Positions 59,665 to 64,000 of a DNA stretch of 64,000 nt are shown here, one piece after another. The stretch is from assembly GCA_950097015.1 (NCBI GenBank), contig CATNEN010000007.1, positions 11,470,001 to 11,534,000 on the forward strand. The letters run 5' to 3'. How positions within the stretch are numbered: the first letter of the stretch is position 1; the number at the start of each line of letters is the position of its first letter. Position numbers and translations under genes: made by a program. The stretch comes from Macrostomum hystrix. Taxonomy: Eukaryota; Animalia; Platyhelminthes. The notes beneath the pieces are model-generated. The model saw only the letters and a program-made list of their open reading frames with translations, had not been told where the DNA came from and did no database searches.

Positions 59665-60682
59665 GTGTCTCCCTACATTCTGACTGTGTCTCCCTACATT
59701 CTGACAGTCTCCATACATGTTGACAGTCTCGTTACATTCTGACAGTCTACCTACATTCTGACTGTCTCCCTACATTCTGACAGTCTCCCTACATTCTGAC
59801 GGTGTCCCTACATTCTGAATGTGTCTCCCTACATTCTGACTGTCTCCCTACATTCTGAATGTGTCTCCCTACATTCTGAATGTGTCTCCCTACATTCTGA
59901 ATGTGTCTCCCTACATTCTGACTGTCTCCCTACATTCTGAATGTGTCTCCCTACATTCTGAATGTGTCTCCCTACATTCTGACAGTCTCCCTACATTCTG
60001 ACGGTGTCCCTACATTCTGACAGTCTCCCTACATTCTGACAGTCTTCCTACATTCTGACAGTCTCCCAACATTCTGACTGTGTCCCTACATTCTGAATGT
60101 GTCTCCCTACATTCTGACAGTCTCCCTACATTCTGACAGTCTCCCTACATTCTGACTGTCTCCCTACATTCTGACAGTCTCCCTACATTCTGAATGTGTC
60201 CCTACATTCTGACAGTCTCCCTACATTCTGACTGTCTCCCTACATTCTGAATGTGTCTCCCTACATTCTGAATGTGTCCCTACATTCTGACAGTCTCCCT
60301 ACATTCTGACTGTCTCCCTACATTCTGACTGTGTCCCTACATTCTGACAGTCTCCCTACATTCTGAATGTGTCTCCCTACATTCTGACAGTCTCCCTACA
60401 TTCTGACAGTCTCCATACATTCTGACTGTCTCCCTACATTCTGACAGTCTCCCTACATTCTGACGGTGTCCCTACATTCTGACGGTGTCCCTACATTCTG
60501 ACAGTCTCCCTACATTCTGACAGTCTCCCTACATTCTGACAGTCTCCCTACATTCTGAATGTGTCTCCCTACATTCTGACAGTCTCCCTACATTCTGACG
60601 GTGTCCCTACATTCTGACGGTGTCCCTACATTCTGACAGTCTCCCTACATTCTGACAGTCTCCCTACATTCTGACAGTCTCC
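59665..60682. repeat. 19/21-bp minisatellite
   Basis: Unit CTCCCTACATTCTGACAGT, with a ...GAATGTGT variant. Confidence 0.96.
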
Positions 60683-61316
60683 CCAAGTCCTGCACCTTCC
60701 CAAAGAAAATGCCTGTGCAGGGATCTCATAAAAGCAAAATTTAATAAATAGGCGTTGAGAAAAGTGGCACGACACCTAATGAATTGCAATCCCTCAGGGC
60801 ACGAATAGCTGGCTGTCCTGTGCGGTAGATATAGATATAGTGATTAGATATGGGCAGATTTATGACTGAAAGATGTAGCTTACGGCTACACTGCTAGGGT
60901 GGGCAGATCAGGTGGCTTGCAGCAGAGCATGGTCTGACTGGAAGATATTCGACTACTGAGACAGATAATTAACTAAACAGAAAGTACAAAACTGCAGATG
61001 AGAAGCTGCTGGATGTGCGTAAAGGAACTCTGAAATCTGTCAGCTATGGAAATCAAAGAAGCCAATCTTCCGGTGCCAAGAAAGCTATAATGCAGTGACT
61101 GGGGTCAGGGGGTCAGGCTGCTCAAGCTGAACTGTAGACCCGGAGTCCATAGTCGCCTGGTTCGCTCAGATGGACTGGAAATACAAGATGGGGTGGGTGG
61201 GAGAGATAGTTGACGAAGTGCTGGCAACTGAATGCAGATAATTGTGGAAAACTGTTTATTGCATCAGCAATGAGTTTTCGCTAAAATAGCAACAGAACGA
61301 GAGATAACAGCTAAAA

Positions 61317-62096
61317 ATGATCACGTCTGACCAGGTGTTCCATGATCACGTCTGACCAGGTGTTCCATGATCACGTCTGACCAGGTGTTCCATAATCATG
61401 TCTGACCAGGTGTTCCATGATCACGTCTGACCAGGTGTTCCATGATCATGTCTGACCAGGTGTTCCATGATCATGTCTGACCAGGTGTTCCATGATCACG
61501 TCTGACCAGGTGTTCCATGATCATGTCTGACTAGGTGTTCCATAATCATGTCTGACCAGGTGTTCCATAATCACGTCTGACCAGGTGTTCCATGATCATG
61601 TCTGACCAGGTGTTCCATGATCATGTCTGACCAGGTGTTCCATGATCACGTCTGACCAGGTGTTCCATGATCATGTCTGACCAGGTGTTCCATGATCACG
61701 TCTGACCAGGTGTTCCATGATCATGTCTGACCAGGTGTTCCATGATCACGTCTGACCATGTGTTCCATGATCACGTCTGACCAGGTGTTCCATGATCATG
61801 TCTGACCAGGTGTTCCATGATCACGTCTGACCAGGTGTTCCATGATCACGTCTGACCAGGTGTTCCATGATCACGTCTGAACAGGTGTTCCATGATCATG
61901 TCTGACCAGGTGTTCCATAATCATGTCTGACCAGGTGTTCCATGATCATGTCTGACCAGGTGTTCCATGATCACGTCTGACCATGTGTTCCATGATCACG
62001 TCTGACCAGGTGTTCCATGATCATGTCTGACCAGGTGTTCCATGATCACGTCTGACCAGGTGTTCCATGATCATGTCTGACCAGGTGTTCCATGAT
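61317..62096. repeat. 25-bp minisatellite, ~31 copies
   Basis: Unit ATGATCA(C/T)GTCTGACCAGGTGTTCC. Confidence 0.96.
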
Positions 62097-62246
62097 TAAA
62101 TGATGCGGCAAAAACGGAAAAAAATGAAACGATGCAAGAAAAGCGAAAACTAATAAACTGAACTTAAACCACTTAAAAGTGGTGAAACACATGGTGAAAA
62201 TGGGACTCTGTGGGAAAGGCAGCCAGCACCTGGGCCGCAAAGGCTG

Positions 62247-63672
62247 TTAGTGGCGCTTTGGCCTGCCACACGAGCAGCTGATGGGCGCGCCAGCGGCGTA
62301 GGCCTTGTTAGCCTTGTCGTCTAGCCAGGGTAGAGTTTTCCCAACCGAAGTCTGCGTCACCACCGGTTCCAGCGGCTGCCCCGGCCAGGGTGAAAGCTTT
62401 TCGCCTTCGGGGGAGGCCGCGGGAGCAGCTTTAGAGGCGCCATAGGCAGCTGACCTATCACCGCTGCCTGGAGCTTTCTGTTAATAGTTGCGTTCGGCAG
62501 GCCGGTTATAAATTCGCAAGTGCAGGTGAGCAGGTGAGCTGGGCGTGACTGAGTATTCAAGCAGACTGAGAACAAGGTCAGGAAATACTTGACGCCAACG
62601 ATTGACTCGGTTGCCAGAAATGAACATGTCTCAGTTGTAATTAGCAATACAAGACAGCACGAGTGCTCATTGAAGCTCCCAGATCTCAATGCCCGCTTTT
62701 TACCATCTACCTGCTTTCCGTCCTAAACTTTCCCATCACCTTCCCTCACTATCTTCCCATCACCTTCCCTCTCTATCTTCCAATCACCTTCCCTCCCTAT
62801 CTTCCCATCACCTTCCCTCTCTATCTTCCCATCACCTTCCCTCTCTATCTTCTCTTCCCTCTTTCTCTATCTTCCCTTCGCCTTCCCTCTATCTTTCAAT
62901 ATACCTCTCCTCCCTCCTCTCCTCCATATCGTCATCTTCCCTCCCCCTCTCTCTTTCCTTCACATTTTCTTTACTTTACTTCCTTTCTTTTCCAACCTCG
63001 ATTCCCTGCGTTCTCATTGTTCCCAAAAGCAGCTGAAGTATCTCAGTTGCCCCCGTAATCCCGGGCGCCCACCTGGAAGTACTCCTTGCTCAGACTGGGG
63101 TCCGGCTTCATGGTGCGTTCGCCGGGCCGCCAGCCGGCGGGGCAGACCACACCGTGCTTGTCGGCGTGTTGGAAGGCCTGCACGAGGCGCAGCGTCTCGT
63201 CGACTGAGCGGCCCACCGGCAGGTCGTTTAGCGTCACCTGGCGAAGCAGGCCGCGGTCGCTGATGATGAAGAGGCCGCGGTAGGCGATGCCCTCGTCTGC
63301 CTTGAGCACCCCGTAGGCGCGGCTGAGAGCCTGGTTGCGGTCAGCCAGCAGCGGCATGTTGACGCGGCCCAGGCCGCCCTCCTGCCTTGGCATGTTGGTC
63401 CAGGCCAGGTGCACAAAGTGCGAGTCGGTGCTGCAGGCCAGCAACTCGCAGTTGACCCGGCGGAATTCGTCGACTCGGTCGGAGAAAGCTACGATCTCCG
63501 TCGGGCAAACGAATGTGAAGTCGGCCGGATAGAAGAACAGCACCACATACTTGCCCGAGTAGTCGCTAAGGCGAACGTCAGCGAAACTCTGGTCGGGCAT
63601 CAGGGCCTTACAGGTGAAGCCCGGGGCAGCGGAACCCGGCTGCAGCGGTGACGGCTGCGGCTGCTCCCCACC
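62247..63672 (-). CDS. Typical 2-Cys peroxiredoxin (Prx1/AhpC subfamily), 5'-partial; core exon 63073-63672 and probable terminal exon 62247-62477
   Basis: Motifs [15 protein letters not shown] (peroxidatic Cys), [21 protein letters not shown] (resolving Cys) and EYF. A TTGCAG acceptor at 63673 with no suitable ATG implies an upstream exon that was not identified. The terminal exon is inferred from a phase-0 CAG|GTGGGC donor and an AACAG| acceptor. Confidence 0.9.
62730..62990. repeat. Pyrimidine-rich low-complexity tract with ~24-bp repeats
   Basis: TCTTCCCATCACCTTCCCTCTCTA units, followed by a CT-rich tract. Confidence 0.85.
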
Positions 63673-64000
63673 CTGCAATGTAAAAGCGAATGTACTTTAA
63701 GAATCACGGCACCTTACAATAATAAACAGTACAGTAAGCTTATCAATGCCTGGCGGTTAGTAGAAAGAAATCATTGGATGCCAGGAGGCACAAATGCTAT
63801 TGCTCAACTTCGCTGCAAAATCACACCACGGGTTCGCATAAACTGATCAAAAAGTGCAGGCCCTTTTTATCAAACTAGGCCATTTGATAAGAACACAGTA
63901 TTTCGCTGGGCGGAGCAGTCAAAGCAGCCGTGTGTCTTATTTTTTGGTAAGCTAATTGGAGAAACGAATGAAACGCTGATTGTTTACCAGTCTTTCGCTG

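Overview
This is eukaryotic (metazoan) genomic DNA with GT-AG introns, GC-rich coding exons and about 20 different minisatellite arrays. That style resembles a free-living flatworm such as Macrostomum, which is an inference and not verified. Genes reconstructed from the sequence: two tandem 6-exon, highly divergent type II pantothenate-kinase-like paralogs (minus strand); five intronless, divergent POT/SLC15-like MFS transporter genes, one of them a pseudogene; a 4-exon N-terminal ankyrin + NEK-type kinase fusion; an intronless class A GPCR; a 4-exon pyruvate dehydrogenase phosphatase; and a partial 2-Cys peroxiredoxin with a probable long C-terminal extension. The most notable item is a compact 4-member family of unrecognised proteins at 47.9-53.0 kb. 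They share a ~65-aa helical N-terminal domain, a DSGxxS-like motif just after it, Pro/Arg SH3-ligand-like linkers, and (in the three intact members) a C-terminal Q-x-G-x-x-N-I-x-G-x-x-N motif resembling a cryptic RHIM. This suggests a lineage-specific amyloid-type signalling adaptor family. Mobile elements include RTE-like and CCHC-type LINE fragments, a Tc1 relic, a hAT-like MITE and a tRNA-derived SINE. One minisatellite is demonstrably amplified from LINE coding sequence. No CRISPR array, rRNA or intact tRNA was seen.
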